55,970 bases of DNA from a bacterium (GTDB lineage: Bacteria; Patescibacteriota; Minisyncoccia; UBA6257; 2-01-FULL-56-20): the NCBI GenBank assembly GCA_021777495.1, contig JAJYDL010000001.1, forward strand, positions 1-55,970, given 5' to 3'. A model generated the notes under the pieces. The model did no database searches. It worked only from the letters and a program-made list of their open reading frames with translations, and was not told the DNA's origin. The position numbers were made by a program, and so were the translations under genes. This document shows, in pieces, positions 26,137 through 35,918 of this stretch; the stretch's first letter is position 1; the number at the start of each line of letters is the position of its first letter.

Positions 26137-27101
26137 AACAGGGTTTTTTGCCCCTCGGGATTGTTCCGTTTCCCCGTTCCACCCCCCCGCTTCCCCTCCG
26201 ACCCTCCCTCTCTTTCCCGCACCGGCGCCGCGTCGCCTTCGTAGATCCTTTTAAGGAGCGTTGCGAATCCCATGGTGATAAAATAATCCTCTATCTTCGG
26301 GTCCCGCAGGCCCGGGCACGGCGCAAGATCTTCCAATGCCGGCATCTCAAGCGGCACGTGGCGTTCGAGTATGACGAGGGACCGCGACCGCTCCGCCTCC
26401 TTTCTGAACGGCCCGATTTTCTTCTCCGCCTTCGGGTCCTCATTCATGTGCGCGAAGATCCCCTCGACCGACCCGTATTTTGCAAGAAGCTCCGCTGCGG
26501 TCTTCGGCCCCACCCCGGGCACGCCTTTGATGTTGTCCGATGCGTCGCCGACGAGTGCCTTGTAATCCACCATCTGTGCGGGCGTCACGCCGAACCGCTC
26601 CTTCACTGCCGCTTCGTCGTATATCGTCGTATCGCTCACGCCCTTGTTGAACGTCCTCACGGCGATCCGTCCATCCTCCACGAGCTGGAACGTATCCCTA
26701 TCGCCCGTAAGGATGACAACCATCACGTTCTCTTCCCGTTTGAATCGCTCCGCGAACGTCGCAATGAGGTCGTCCGCCTCGTATCCGGGCATCTCGAAGG
26801 TTCGTATGCCGAACACGGGGAAAAGCTTGTGCGCTTCGACGATCTGCGCAACAAGGTCGTCGGGCGCCGGCGGCCGCTGGGCTTTGTATTCCGCATACGC
26901 CTTCTCGCGGAACGTCGGCTCGGGCCTGTCGAAAAGCGCCGCCGCATAGTCCGGCCTCCCGTCGCGCCAGAGCTTCATGAGAATGCTCGCAATGCCGTAG
27001 ATCGCGCCGCTCGGCTTCCCGTCCGGCGTCGTGAACGGCGGCAACGCATGGAATGACCGGTGGATTATCGAATTCGCATCGATGAGCAGGAGCTGTTTCA
27101 T
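26133..27101 (-). CDS. 5'-3' exonuclease (Pol I N-terminal/FEN-like domain only)
   Basis: MKQLLLIDANSIIHRSFHAL..., YEADDLIAT, GDASDNIKGVPGVGPKTA. ATG 27101 forms an ATGA overlap with tsaE. Confidence 0.9.
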   Translation of the reverse strand: MKQLLLIDANSIIHRSFHALPPFTTPDGKPSGAIYGIASILMKLWRDGRPDYAAALFDRPEPTFREKAYAEYKAQRPPAPDDLVAQIVEAHKLFPVFGIRTFEMPGYEADDLIATFAERFKREENVMVVILTGDRDTFQLVEDGRIAVRTFNKGVSDTTIYDEAAVKERFGVTPAQMVDYKALVGDASDNIKGVPGVGPKTAAELLAKYGSVEGIFAHMNEDPKAEKKIGPFRKEAERSRSLVILERHVPLEMPALEDLAPCPGLRDPKIEDYFITMGFATLLKRIYEGDAAPVREREGGSEGKRGGGTGKRNNPEGQKTLF

Positions 27102-27574
27102 GTACGTCTTCCCTCTCTTATTGCAATGGTCCGCGACCCCTCCTCTTTCCCGTACCCGAATTTTATCCATGCGGCGCGGCGCGGTATCGCCTCCTTTATC
27201 CGCTCGCCCCACTCGACGAGAACGATGTTTTTCGGATCCCCAAGAAGCGCTTCAAATCCCAGCACGGGGAGATGCGATGCGTCCTTCAGGCGATACGCGT
27301 CCATATGGAACACGCTCTTCCGCGCCGCGCGCGCGGCATACCGCCGCATGATCACGAACGTGGGGCTCGGTGCCCGGCGGCGGACGCCCAGTCCCCGCAG
27401 GAACCCCTGCACGAACGTCGTCTTTCCCGCACCAAGCTCTCCGGAAAGCACCACAACGGCGGCGCCCTTATTGCCGGGGGTCGCCTTCAGAAATCCTTTC
27501 GAGAACGCCTCGCCGAGGCGCTTCGTCTCCTCCGAAGAGGAGGTGCGATACGTATTCGTTCTTTTTGACCGCAT
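27098..27574 (-). CDS. tsaE: tRNA t6A biosynthesis ATPase TsaE
   Basis: LSGELGAGKTTFVQG P-loop with typical size and layout. Confidence 0.88.
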   Translation of the reverse strand: MRSKRTNTYRTSSSEETKRLGEAFSKGFLKATPGNKGAAVVVLSGELGAGKTTFVQGFLRGLGVRRRAPSPTFVIMRRYAARAARKSVFHMDAYRLKDASHLPVLGFEALLGDPKNIVLVEWGERIKEAIPRRAAWIKFGYGKEEGSRTIAIREGRRT

Positions 27575-28127
27575 ATATGAATATGATCATCACGACCGCG
27601 CCGAGCCCGAGCGCCGAGATCACGGCAAATACGGGTCCCGGTCCCGGAGGCCCCACGGGGACGCCCGCTTCGTAGCGGGCCGGAGCGGCAACGCTCCCGA
27701 ACGCCGCGTTCGCGGAACCCGGCGTGGGATCCGTAAACACGAACATCCCCGTCGCGGCTCCTTCCTCGATGCGCGAAAAGCTTTTTCCTTCCGGCGCGGC
27801 GCCGTGAAACGCAGCCCTATCGACGGATGACCCGTCCGGACCATATAACAATACTGCCCCGTCCGTATTTTTGAAAGACGGGGCTCCCTCGCCGCGGGTC
27901 ACCACGAGATAGCCTCTTCCCGGAACGGTCCTTCCTCCGAGCGAAAACGCCTTTGTCCGCAACGGAACGATCGCTTCCCCCCGTTCCGGCGTCGTGGTTC
28001 CCGTACCCGTACCGATCGACCACCCGTCGAGGGGTATCGCGACAGCAGTGTCGTTGAAAAGTTCCGCAAACTCTCCCGCGGCGTCGGGACCCGCGGGATT
28101 GGGCAGCCATTCGTTGATGAGAACCAC
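27468..28127 (-). CDS. lamin-tail-domain (LTD) protein with C-terminal TM anchor
   Basis: INEWLPNPAGPDAAGEFAELFN ... FKNTDGAVLLYGPDG is LTD-like, followed by the TM helix VFAVISALGLGAVVMIIFIYAV. The start codon is GTG. The 3' end overlaps tsaE by 107 nt. Confidence 0.8.
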   Translation of the reverse strand: MVLINEWLPNPAGPDAAGEFAELFNDTAVAIPLDGWSIGTGTGTTTPERGEAIVPLRTKAFSLGGRTVPGRGYLVVTRGEGAPSFKNTDGAVLLYGPDGSSVDRAAFHGAAPEGKSFSRIEEGAATGMFVFTDPTPGSANAAFGSVAAPARYEAGVPVGPPGPGPVFAVISALGLGAVVMIIFIYAVKKNEYVSHLLFGGDEAPRRGVLERISEGDPRQ

Positions 28128-28178
28128 CGCTCCATCCTACTCCGTTCCGATCAATAAAAGCCGAAGAAGGCGTCCGCG

Positions 28179-29150
28179 TCAGAATACCCGCAGGAGAAGC
28201 TGTATGAGCACGAGACCGATGACGCCGAGGATGGCGACATAGGAGAACACGGATGCGTTCGGGTATCCGCTCTTGGGAACGGTCGTCGTGGGCGTGTACT
28301 CCTCGAGCCGTTCGTTCCCCGCGGCGTCGAACGCGCGCACCGCGATCGTATCGGTGAGCGATTGATCGGTGAGGAGATAGGGGCTGATCGCCCGCTTCCA
28401 ATCCCACTGGTCCTCCGGAAGCTTGAGATCGGAGGGCGGGATCTCGGCAATCTCGTAGTGATCGATGCCCGTCTGCTTGTCCACGGTCGAAAACGTGGCA
28501 AACCATTGATTATTGAAAAGCGAAGGGTCGCGATAGACGCCGATTGCGAAGGGCTCGGGCGGAACAGTATCGTCTTCGAGCGCCTTCTGCCAGGTATCCA
28601 CCGGCGCAAATTGTCCCTGGAGTATCTCCGCATATTTCGCGCCGGCGGTCGTAAGAGGCGCGATCGTTCCCTCGCCGTCGTTCAGCGTCGCCTGAGTGCC
28701 CGGAAGAAATGCGAGCAGTGCGCTCTCGGGAGCCGTCGAGGAGCCCGCGGCGGTCGATGTGGCGAAGCGGAAATAGATCGTCGCGAGCTTGTTGCTGAGC
28801 GAGGGATCTCCGGGGACGCGCCCGCAATATCCTCCGGGAAGCCCTCCCACGAACGAGATGATGCCGTACTGCGAATAGATCGTGGGGTTCTTGACCCACA
28901 TGGAGAATATGGAATCTCCGTCGCTTACGGCGACCGCCTGGAGGACGTCCGCGGGATATGCGATATCCACTTCGGCCGCATTGATGCATTGCGACGGGCC
29001 CGTATCGAGGCGGACGTCCACCGGGAACGTGACTCCCGGCGGATATTTGCCCGTTGCCGGATTGATATAGATCTGCGCCGCATGCGCAAAGAGAGGCATG
29101 ATGCCCGCATATACCATGGCTCCAAGAACGACCCCGACCCTCTTCTTCAT
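28179..29150 (-). CDS. cohesin-like domain protein, signal peptide plus C-terminal TM anchor
   Basis: IYINPATGKYPPGVTFPVDVRLDT...INAAEVDIAYPADVLQAVAVSDGDSIFSMW follows a cohesin-type pattern. C-terminal helix SVFSYVAILGVIGLVLIQLLL. Confidence 0.75.
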   Translation of the reverse strand: MKKRVGVVLGAMVYAGIMPLFAHAAQIYINPATGKYPPGVTFPVDVRLDTGPSQCINAAEVDIAYPADVLQAVAVSDGDSIFSMWVKNPTIYSQYGIISFVGGLPGGYCGRVPGDPSLSNKLATIYFRFATSTAAGSSTAPESALLAFLPGTQATLNDGEGTIAPLTTAGAKYAEILQGQFAPVDTWQKALEDDTVPPEPFAIGVYRDPSLFNNQWFATFSTVDKQTGIDHYEIAEIPPSDLKLPEDQWDWKRAISPYLLTDQSLTDTIAVRAFDAAGNERLEEYTPTTTVPKSGYPNASVFSYVAILGVIGLVLIQLLLRVF

Positions 29151-29178
29151 ACCTAAAAGTATATCACACGAGGCGGCA

Positions 29179-30336
29179 TTATCCCGTCCAGTAATACAGA
29201 AGAATGCTCAGGTCCGGGAGGTCCACTATGCCGTCGCCGTTCAGGTCCGCGGTGGGGTTGCTTGTCCCCCAGTAATAGAGGAGTATCGAGAAATCCGCAA
29301 GGTTCACCTTGCCGTCGCCGTTCAGGTCCGCAAGCAGCTTCTTGCTCGGCGTACCGCTGCCCACATAGAAGGGTACTGCCTGGCTTATCGTGCTCCGCAA
29401 TAACGCGCCGTTCTCCGTGGTGATGAAATCCGCATCCACCGTATGATAGGCGTCGTTCTGGAGCACCGAAGTGTCCACGGGCACCGCCCATCCTCCCATG
29501 GAATTCGTGGTTGTCGTCACTATAATGTTCCCGCCCGAATGCACGTGCACTTCGATCGTTGACGAAGGCACGGATTCTCCCGACACCGTCACCGTTCCCC
29601 CTTTTGCCACCTGGCGTTTGTCGATGGATATCGTCGGGGGCAGAAGTTCGCCGGAAATCGTGGTCGCGGCGTCCGCGGTGACGGTGAAGGTCGTCGTGAG
29701 CGCGATGGACTTGAGGCCCGTCGCATCCTGCGCCCAGATGCCGAAGGTATATACCCCGGGAGAGATGTTCGTCGTCGAGAAATAAAAATTCGCGTTGGAA
29801 TCCGCCTGTACGACCCCGATCGTCTGGCCGTCCTGGAGGATGTTCACGCTTGCGCCCGGATACGCCTGCCCCTGAATGATCACGGTCGTCGGATTCGGTG
29901 CGGTGTAGCTCCCCGGAGAATAGCCGAACGAAGGCGCCGGCGCGGGACCCGGTCCCGGCAGCGGTGCGAGCGACGTGATCTGGCATGTCGCGGAGCATCC
30001 CGATCCCGCCACCCCGTTCATCGCGCCCGCATCGCACTGCTCTCCGTACTGGGGCTGGAGGATCCCGTCGCCGCAGTACGGGGCCCATGCCCGGCACCCG
30101 GGCATGCACTGGCGGTTGGCCGATGATGTGGAATACTGCCCCGTGTTCGTTCCCGTATCGCACACCTCGGTGGGAGCCTGCACGATCCCGTCCCCGCATA
30201 CGCTGATCGTCACCGTGGTCGTCGCATAGCTTTGCGCCCGCACCGGCGCCGCCGGGGATGCAAACAGGAACAGTGCCGCCGCGGCTGCGGCGACGGAAAA
30301 GATGATTATGGTACGCAGGAATACCCGGCGGATCAT
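29179..30336 (-). CDS. secreted protein: Cys-rich repeats, Ig-like domains and a C-terminal dockerin
   Basis: CGDGIVQ..EVCD and CGDGILQ..EQCD repeats. Duplicated dockerin segment DLNGDGKVNLADFSILLYYWG ... DLNGDGIVDLPDLSILLYYW. Confidence 0.85.
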   Translation of the reverse strand: MIRRVFLRTIIIFSVAAAAAALFLFASPAAPVRAQSYATTTVTISVCGDGIVQAPTEVCDTGTNTGQYSTSSANRQCMPGCRAWAPYCGDGILQPQYGEQCDAGAMNGVAGSGCSATCQITSLAPLPGPGPAPAPSFGYSPGSYTAPNPTTVIIQGQAYPGASVNILQDGQTIGVVQADSNANFYFSTTNISPGVYTFGIWAQDATGLKSIALTTTFTVTADAATTISGELLPPTISIDKRQVAKGGTVTVSGESVPSSTIEVHVHSGGNIIVTTTTNSMGGWAVPVDTSVLQNDAYHTVDADFITTENGALLRSTISQAVPFYVGSGTPSKKLLADLNGDGKVNLADFSILLYYWGTSNPTADLNGDGIVDLPDLSILLYYWTG

Positions 30337-30345
30337 ATGCGTATA

Positions 30346-31350
30346 TTATGCTCTCGGCGCGCGCGGAGGGGGCGGCGTCGGAACGCCCTTCCTTCTTCCG
30401 CGCCGGCGGAACAACCCCCGGATGCCCACATACATCGCCCAAAGCATGAGCAGTATCCCCGCAAGGACCGCAAAGGTAATAAGCTTCTCCTGCCATGGCA
30501 ATACGAGGAAGTTGTAGGGGACATATCCCGGGATGCTTCCGGGTGGCAGCACGCTCAGATCGAGCGTACCCTGTCCGATGAGATCGCTGTCATCGCGTCC
30601 GTAGATCTGATAGAAAACCTTGTACGTACCCTGGGGCAGATAGGTGGGCATCTCCGCGGTCACGGTCTTCGTCTGGAACGGGTCGACGCTCGCAAGCCAG
30701 TTGGTATTCTGCTCCACCTCGAGCACCTTCTGGGTAAGGTAGTCGCTGTACGTGAACACCACTCTGTAAGGACTCCCTGAAATGTTCCCATCGTTCTCGA
30801 TATCCATATTAAAGAGAACCTTGCCCGGGAAATGCATCCAAAGCCATGTGAATCCCTGCTCCGCGTTCGTCATCGATACTCGCCGCACCTTGAAATCCAC
30901 ATTCTTCTGGTTTATCACGCGGAGGTTCACGTCGATCTGCGCGCCGATCGTAAGGCCGACGGTCCCCGCTGCGGGACCGTTCATGGGAGAGACGACTACC
31001 TGGATATTCCCCTGGTACTGTCCGAGCTTCGCATCGCTCGGCACATTCACGCTCACGATCATCGGCATCTCCTGCGTGCCGGACGGCATCGCGAACTGCG
31101 TGCCCTTGTCGATGGAAATCCAGCCGTCCGCCCCCGGAACATTCACCGTCACCTTTGCGGTGAGGTCCTGATCCGGCGTTCCGCGCACAAGGAGGATCTT
31201 CTGTTCGTAGTGCGAACCCGGCGCAAGCGCGTCATTCGTCACGTAGGGAGGAGTGATGCCGAATCCTTCGGCGTTCACGCGATGCACGCCGAATGAAAAG
31301 CCGGCGCACACAAGAAGCGCCGCCGCCGCTATAAAGTTCATCTTCCTCAT
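30346..31350 (-). CDS. CscA/DUF916-DUF3324-like surface protein with C-terminal TM anchor (paralog 1)
   Basis: Signal peptide. Shares motifs with 46075, 48490 and 49595 (G.Y.G.I; N[DT]G[ND][IV]; LPW just before the TM helix). Basic cytoplasmic tail. Confidence 0.8.
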   Translation of the reverse strand: MRKMNFIAAAALLVCAGFSFGVHRVNAEGFGITPPYVTNDALAPGSHYEQKILLVRGTPDQDLTAKVTVNVPGADGWISIDKGTQFAMPSGTQEMPMIVSVNVPSDAKLGQYQGNIQVVVSPMNGPAAGTVGLTIGAQIDVNLRVINQKNVDFKVRRVSMTNAEQGFTWLWMHFPGKVLFNMDIENDGNISGSPYRVVFTYSDYLTQKVLEVEQNTNWLASVDPFQTKTVTAEMPTYLPQGTYKVFYQIYGRDDSDLIGQGTLDLSVLPPGSIPGYVPYNFLVLPWQEKLITFAVLAGILLMLWAMYVGIRGLFRRRGRRKGVPTPPPPRAPRA

Positions 31351-31389
31351 TGGTCCGTGAAAAAAGGAACCCCGTAAAACGTTTCAATC

Positions 31390-31398
31390 ATTATACCA
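31390..31398 (-). promoter_or_regulatory. extended -10 promoter element (TGgTATAAT)
   Basis: The minus strand reads tgTGgTATAAT, about 40 nt upstream of ATG 31350. Confidence 0.45.
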
Positions 31399-31424
31399 CA
31401 GCCGCAACGGGACCGCGCCGGAAC

Positions 31425-33293
31425 CTACCAGTACTGCGCGGGGCTCTTCACGCCAACGAACGTGTTCTGTCCGGTGTACGCACCCGAAAGCTGGATGGTG
31501 CTCGGCACCGCGATACCCCAGAAGGTGGATCCCGTGCTCGGCGATGATGTTGCGATCGACTTGGGAATATGGATCGGCACAAGCGTGCCCGGATTCGTAA
31601 GGAGCGCGGCACCCGAACCGTAGGCGACGGACGACGTCGCGTACTGTATCTGCCCCACGGGAATGGTCGATGTGGTCGAAACGGCGCAGCTCGGATAGGT
31701 GGTACACATATTCGCACCGTACAGGGTTTCATTAAGACCGACGTTTCCCGTCGATGCAAGGATCGTGGACGTAGCAAGCGTCGGCGTGCTCGACCCCGGG
31801 CTCAATCCTCCGAAGTTGATGGCGGGCGTATCGAGCTGTGCCGCAAGGAAGCTTGCGACCTCGTTGCCGGTTGCGGCTTCCGTGAGAGGGCTCGATGAGC
31901 CGTTGTGGTTCGTCGCCTGCGCGCTCACGAGCCAGTTCTGGTTGTAATACTGCGTGTCGCTCGCGGTCGTGCCGTCCGTGGGATCCGCGACATACCACAG
32001 CGGGAAATAGCAGGTCCACGTTGCGCTGATGGAGCTCGAGCCGTTGCACGATCCCGTGTCCTGCGTGCAGGTGACGGGCCACGTGGACGACCCCACCGCA
32101 TTCGGATAGCAGTTATCGGGATTGTAATTCGGCCCCGTCTGGCACGATGCCTGGCCGATACCCGAACGATACACGTTGATGATGGCGGAAGTGATCTCCT
32201 GTCCCCCGGAAATCGTCTGACAACTATTGTCGTCCGAAACCGTGAACTTTACCGCAAACCCGTTCGTCTGTCCTCCCGGCACCGTAAGCGCGAGCGGATT
32301 CGTGGTTCCGTCGTTATTCAAAAGGCTGATGCTTGAAGAAGCGATCGTAGGCGCGACGTTGTTTATCGCGTACGTGGAGGTCGCCCCTTCCGCCCCGCCC
32401 GACGCGGGAAGCCCGTGCTGGTCCACGACATACCCATAGGAAGAATAGGTTCCGTCGGGACGCGGCAACGGGGTCGTGTATGAGCAGGTGGGATTGAGGG
32501 TTGTCGTCGCGGAAGTGCAGTACGTCCCCGCAGGACCGCAGGCCGAACCCGTAAAGTCGTTCGCCTTGCAGACGAAGAGCTGGATGGTATCGGTGGCCCC
32601 CGTGAATGTGTCGCTGTCCGATGCGACCGCCGTCCAGCTGATGTTCGTCCCGGGATTCACCGGACCGGTATTCGACAGGGAAGTGAACGCGGGGGGATGG
32701 TTGACCACGAAGGGCGACCCCGTCGTATAGGTCGCGTTGCACTTTGCTCCTCCAAAGTTGTTGTCGCAGATCCACGCATACCACGAATCGAACTGCGGAT
32801 CGCTGCTCGAGGCGGTATAGGTCGTGGTTGCGGTACCCGTACTCGGCGTGACGGCGGATACGCCCCACTGATTGACGGTGCCTCCGCCGCATGTGGGCGG
32901 CCCTCCCGCCGTACCGGGAGTCGGCGTGCTCGTGGACTTACAAAGGAGGAGGTAATAGCTGTCGTTATTGGGGTCGGTTGCCACGGCGTACCACGTCACC
33001 TTACTCCCCACGTTCGTCGGCGCGGTGGTGGTGGACACCGGATTCTCGTATGCGTTCGTCGTCCAGTTCGGCGGCGTGTTGAGCACCGTCACCGTCGTCG
33101 TTGCCGTGCTTTGTGCGAAGGTAAAGCGGGCATGATAGAGAGCGCCTGTCGCCCAGAAGTTCACGATGATGGCGGCGGCGGCCATAAAGATGCCCGAAAG
33201 GATCACGGCCACGGTCACGCGGCCACGCACATCCCGGACCTGTTCCTTCCACCATGCGATCCAACGTACGATCATGTAGGGATTTTTATTCAT
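31425..33293 (-). CDS. large secreted T/S-rich surface protein, C-terminal tail type II (..YTGQNTFVGVKSPAQYW)
   Basis: 622 aa with an N-terminal TM/signal anchor. The C-terminal region of about 130 aa is homologous to that of 37462-39519. Alternative start ATG 33275. Confidence 0.85.
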   Translation of the reverse strand: MNKNPYMIVRWIAWWKEQVRDVRGRVTVAVILSGIFMAAAAIIVNFWATGALYHARFTFAQSTATTTVTVLNTPPNWTTNAYENPVSTTTAPTNVGSKVTWYAVATDPNNDSYYLLLCKSTSTPTPGTAGGPPTCGGGTVNQWGVSAVTPSTGTATTTYTASSSDPQFDSWYAWICDNNFGGAKCNATYTTGSPFVVNHPPAFTSLSNTGPVNPGTNISWTAVASDSDTFTGATDTIQLFVCKANDFTGSACGPAGTYCTSATTTLNPTCSYTTPLPRPDGTYSSYGYVVDQHGLPASGGAEGATSTYAINNVAPTIASSSISLLNNDGTTNPLALTVPGGQTNGFAVKFTVSDDNSCQTISGGQEITSAIINVYRSGIGQASCQTGPNYNPDNCYPNAVGSSTWPVTCTQDTGSCNGSSSISATWTCYFPLWYVADPTDGTTASDTQYYNQNWLVSAQATNHNGSSSPLTEAATGNEVASFLAAQLDTPAINFGGLSPGSSTPTLATSTILASTGNVGLNETLYGANMCTTYPSCAVSTTSTIPVGQIQYATSSVAYGSGAALLTNPGTLVPIHIPKSIATSSPSTGSTFWGIAVPSTIQLSGAYTGQNTFVGVKSPAQYW

Positions 33294-33335
33294 TATATCC
33301 CATGTTGTCCACAGAAAAAGGCGGGGTTATCCACA
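33292..33335 (-). promoter_or_regulatory. promoter region with paired DnaA-box-like repeats
   Basis: TATAAT (minus strand, 33297-33292). TTGTCCACA (33305-33313) and TTATCCACA (33327-33335) lie 22 nt apart start to start. Confidence 0.5.
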
Positions 33336-33375
33336 CCCTATGCAAATCCTTCCTTTTCCGTCCGGGAATCCCCCT

Positions 33376-34578
33376 TTATTTGTATCTGATGGCCTCGAGC
33401 GGACTTATGGATGAAGCCCTGCGCGCCGGGAAAATCCCCGTAATGAAGCCTACGATCGCCGAGAAAAGCGTGATAAACCCGAGGAATGTGAGGGGAAAGG
33501 CGAAAAGCGCCACCGCAGCGCCGCCGAAGTGCGTTGCCAATAGATTCAATAGATAATTGATGATGAGACCTCCGGCGATGCCTATGGCCATCCCCGTCAT
33601 GCCCCCCAGGAACCCGACCACGACCGCCTCCGCGAGGAAAAGGAACTGGATATCGCGGGGCGAACCGCCGATCGTACGCATGACGCCGATCTCCCCCGTG
33701 CGCTCAAGGAGCGTCACCGTCATGGTATTCACCATGCCGATCGCCGACACGATGAGCGCGATGCCGCCGAACCCTGCAAGGACCCATTGGACGCCGGTGA
33801 AGATCTGATTCGCCTGATCCACCGTCTTCGAGAGCGCCGACACCACATACCCATCCTTCACGATGGCGGCCTGGACGCCGCCGAGATTGCCGCTCGCGTT
33901 CACGCGCACCTGGACCTTGTCGTATTGCGGGATCCCCACCTGCGAGGAAAGCGTGGCAAGGGGAATCATCGCATAGATGGAGGCGCTGTCGTTCGTCACC
34001 CCCGTCACGGTGAAGTTCCCGTTCAGGGGCACCTGCTCGCTCTGCCCCCCGCCCTGCGCCTGCGTCACGATCCGGAACGATACCGGCTTCCCGATGATCG
34101 CCTTCGGATCGCTCACGCCGAAAAGCTGCAGCGCGGCGCTCGAAAGGATGACGTCGTTCGCATCCGAAGGCTGGTCGCTGAACTGGCTTCCTGCCGCCAT
34201 GGAAATGCCCGCGTATTTGAAATACGACGCCTGCGCCCCCTCGAGGTCCGTGTTCGCCGAAAGGCCGTTGTAGGTGATGAGCGACTGGAAGGTCGCGAGC
34301 GGCGATACGTCCTGGACGTTCGGGATCGCCTTGAACTTCGCAAGCGCGTTGTCGTCGAGCGTCACGGCGCTCGTTGCCGGCGGCGTAACGGTGAGGCTGA
34401 GGAGCGTATCGCCGAACACGATCTTCTCGAGCAGGATGTTCTGAAGGCCGAAACCGAGACCTACGAGCATCACGACCGCGGCGGTACCCACGCCCATGCC
34501 GAGGATCGTAAGCCATGTCCTTGCGGGATTGGTCTTGAACATCCTCGTGGAAAGCTTCAATGAATCGGCGACTCTCAT
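33376..34578 (-). CDS. ABC transporter permease, MacB/FtsX-like
   Basis: The N-terminal TM helix is followed by an extracytoplasmic domain of about 230 aa and then a C-terminal 3-TM FtsX domain. Confidence 0.88.
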   Translation of the reverse strand: MRVADSLKLSTRMFKTNPARTWLTILGMGVGTAAVVMLVGLGFGLQNILLEKIVFGDTLLSLTVTPPATSAVTLDDNALAKFKAIPNVQDVSPLATFQSLITYNGLSANTDLEGAQASYFKYAGISMAAGSQFSDQPSDANDVILSSAALQLFGVSDPKAIIGKPVSFRIVTQAQGGGQSEQVPLNGNFTVTGVTNDSASIYAMIPLATLSSQVGIPQYDKVQVRVNASGNLGGVQAAIVKDGYVVSALSKTVDQANQIFTGVQWVLAGFGGIALIVSAIGMVNTMTVTLLERTGEIGVMRTIGGSPRDIQFLFLAEAVVVGFLGGMTGMAIGIAGGLIINYLLNLLATHFGGAAVALFAFPLTFLGFITLFSAIVGFITGIFPARRASSISPLEAIRYK

Positions 34579-34597
34579 GGTAATAGTATAGAACGGT

Positions 34598-35908
34598 TCA
34601 GAGATACATGCCCTGCCCGATGAGCTTCTCGAGATACCAGCTCACGTGCCGCGCGGTATCGGGATCGAGGCCCATGCCGTCGCCCTCAAAAGGAGACTTG
34701 AGGCGGCGACGGAAATCCTCGGACTGGATGAATCCCCGGATGCGGAACTTGAGGAGCTCATCCATGCGCGCAATGCGCTCCGGCGGGATGCGGAACCCGC
34801 ACTCCCGCATGAGATCCTCGCGCACCTCGGCGATGCGGTCCCCCTGGCGCAGCGAGGCCACTTTTGCGGTGAAGTTATCCCGGTATGCGCGGATGTCCCG
34901 CGCCTCTTTGAGCACGATATTCAGCTTTTCTTCGAACATTTCCGCACGATGACGATCGATCTCCGGACCTCCTTCGTCCACGGACCTCGTAAGCCTGTCC
35001 ACAAACCCTTCATCCGTGAGCTTTCCGTCGATGAACATCCCGACCGTCCGTTCCAGCTGTTCGATCTGGTCGAAACCGATGTCCTGGGTGAGGAAATTCA
35101 CGACGCTCTTCACCCGCAGCTCCTCCGGCGACGCATACGGATAGATGCGCGCAAGCTTCTCGATCTCGGAAAGGATCGACGTCCCGGGGTCCACCTGCTT
35201 GATCTGTTTCTTCTCCGGGTTCACCACCTCGCGCTCCACGCCGCCGTCTTTCATGTGATAGACGCGGTGCGCATAGGGCAGCAGCTTCGCGTCATGGGTG
35301 ACGAGGATGACCGTCTTCTGCTGCTTCATGTTGATCTCCTCGAGCATGCCCATCACCTGGTCCGCCGACACGCTGTCGAGGTTGCCGACCGGTTCGTCGG
35401 CGAAAAGGATCTCCGGGTCGTTGATGAGCGAGCGCGCAACGGCGACGCGCTGCTGCTGGCCTCCCGAAAGATCCGTCGAGCGCTTGTGCGCCTGCTGATC
35501 CACGCCGAACTGTTTGAGCAGCTTCATTGCCCGCGCATACCGCTCCGCGGGCGGCACGTTTGCGAAGATGAGCGGGAGCGCGACGTTGTCGATCACGCTG
35601 AGCGACGGAATGAGGTTGAACGACTGGAAGATGATGCCCACCGTCTCCCTTTGGAACCGCACCATATCCTTCACGCCGTACTTATAGGGATTCTCCCCCT
35701 TCACGAGGATCTCCCCGGACGACGGCGGAAGAATGCCGAGCAGGCTGTAGAGCAGCGTCGATTTCCCGCAGCCCGAAGGGCCGAACAGGATGATATATTC
35801 CTTGGGATAGATCTCCAGGGTCTCCCCGCGCAGGGCATTGTATTCGTTCGACTTGCCCTGATTGTAGATGACTTTGATGTTATTTACCTTGATGATCGGC
35901 TCGAGCAT
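34598..35908 (-). CDS. ABC transporter ATP-binding protein (MacB/LolD type) with a C-terminal extension of about 210 aa
   Basis: Walker A GPSGCGKST, signature LSGGQQQR, Walker B ILFADEP. A helical extension of unknown family follows residue 225. Confidence 0.9.
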   Translation of the reverse strand: MLEPIIKVNNIKVIYNQGKSNEYNALRGETLEIYPKEYIILFGPSGCGKSTLLYSLLGILPPSSGEILVKGENPYKYGVKDMVRFQRETVGIIFQSFNLIPSLSVIDNVALPLIFANVPPAERYARAMKLLKQFGVDQQAHKRSTDLSGGQQQRVAVARSLINDPEILFADEPVGNLDSVSADQVMGMLEEINMKQQKTVILVTHDAKLLPYAHRVYHMKDGGVEREVVNPEKKQIKQVDPGTSILSEIEKLARIYPYASPEELRVKSVVNFLTQDIGFDQIEQLERTVGMFIDGKLTDEGFVDRLTRSVDEGGPEIDRHRAEMFEEKLNIVLKEARDIRAYRDNFTAKVASLRQGDRIAEVREDLMRECGFRIPPERIARMDELLKFRIRGFIQSEDFRRRLKSPFEGDGMGLDPDTARHVSWYLEKLIGQGMYL

Positions 35909-35918
35909 GGTGGTTCTC

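Noticed and set aside
27468-27574. 107-nt overlap between the 3' end of the LTD gene and the 5' end of tsaE.
   Set aside because: No alternative in-frame start exists for tsaE downstream of 27574 before the conserved N-terminal region, and the LTD stop codon is fixed. The overlap appears genuine but is probably just a non-conserved cytoplasmic tail. There is no evidence of frameshifting.
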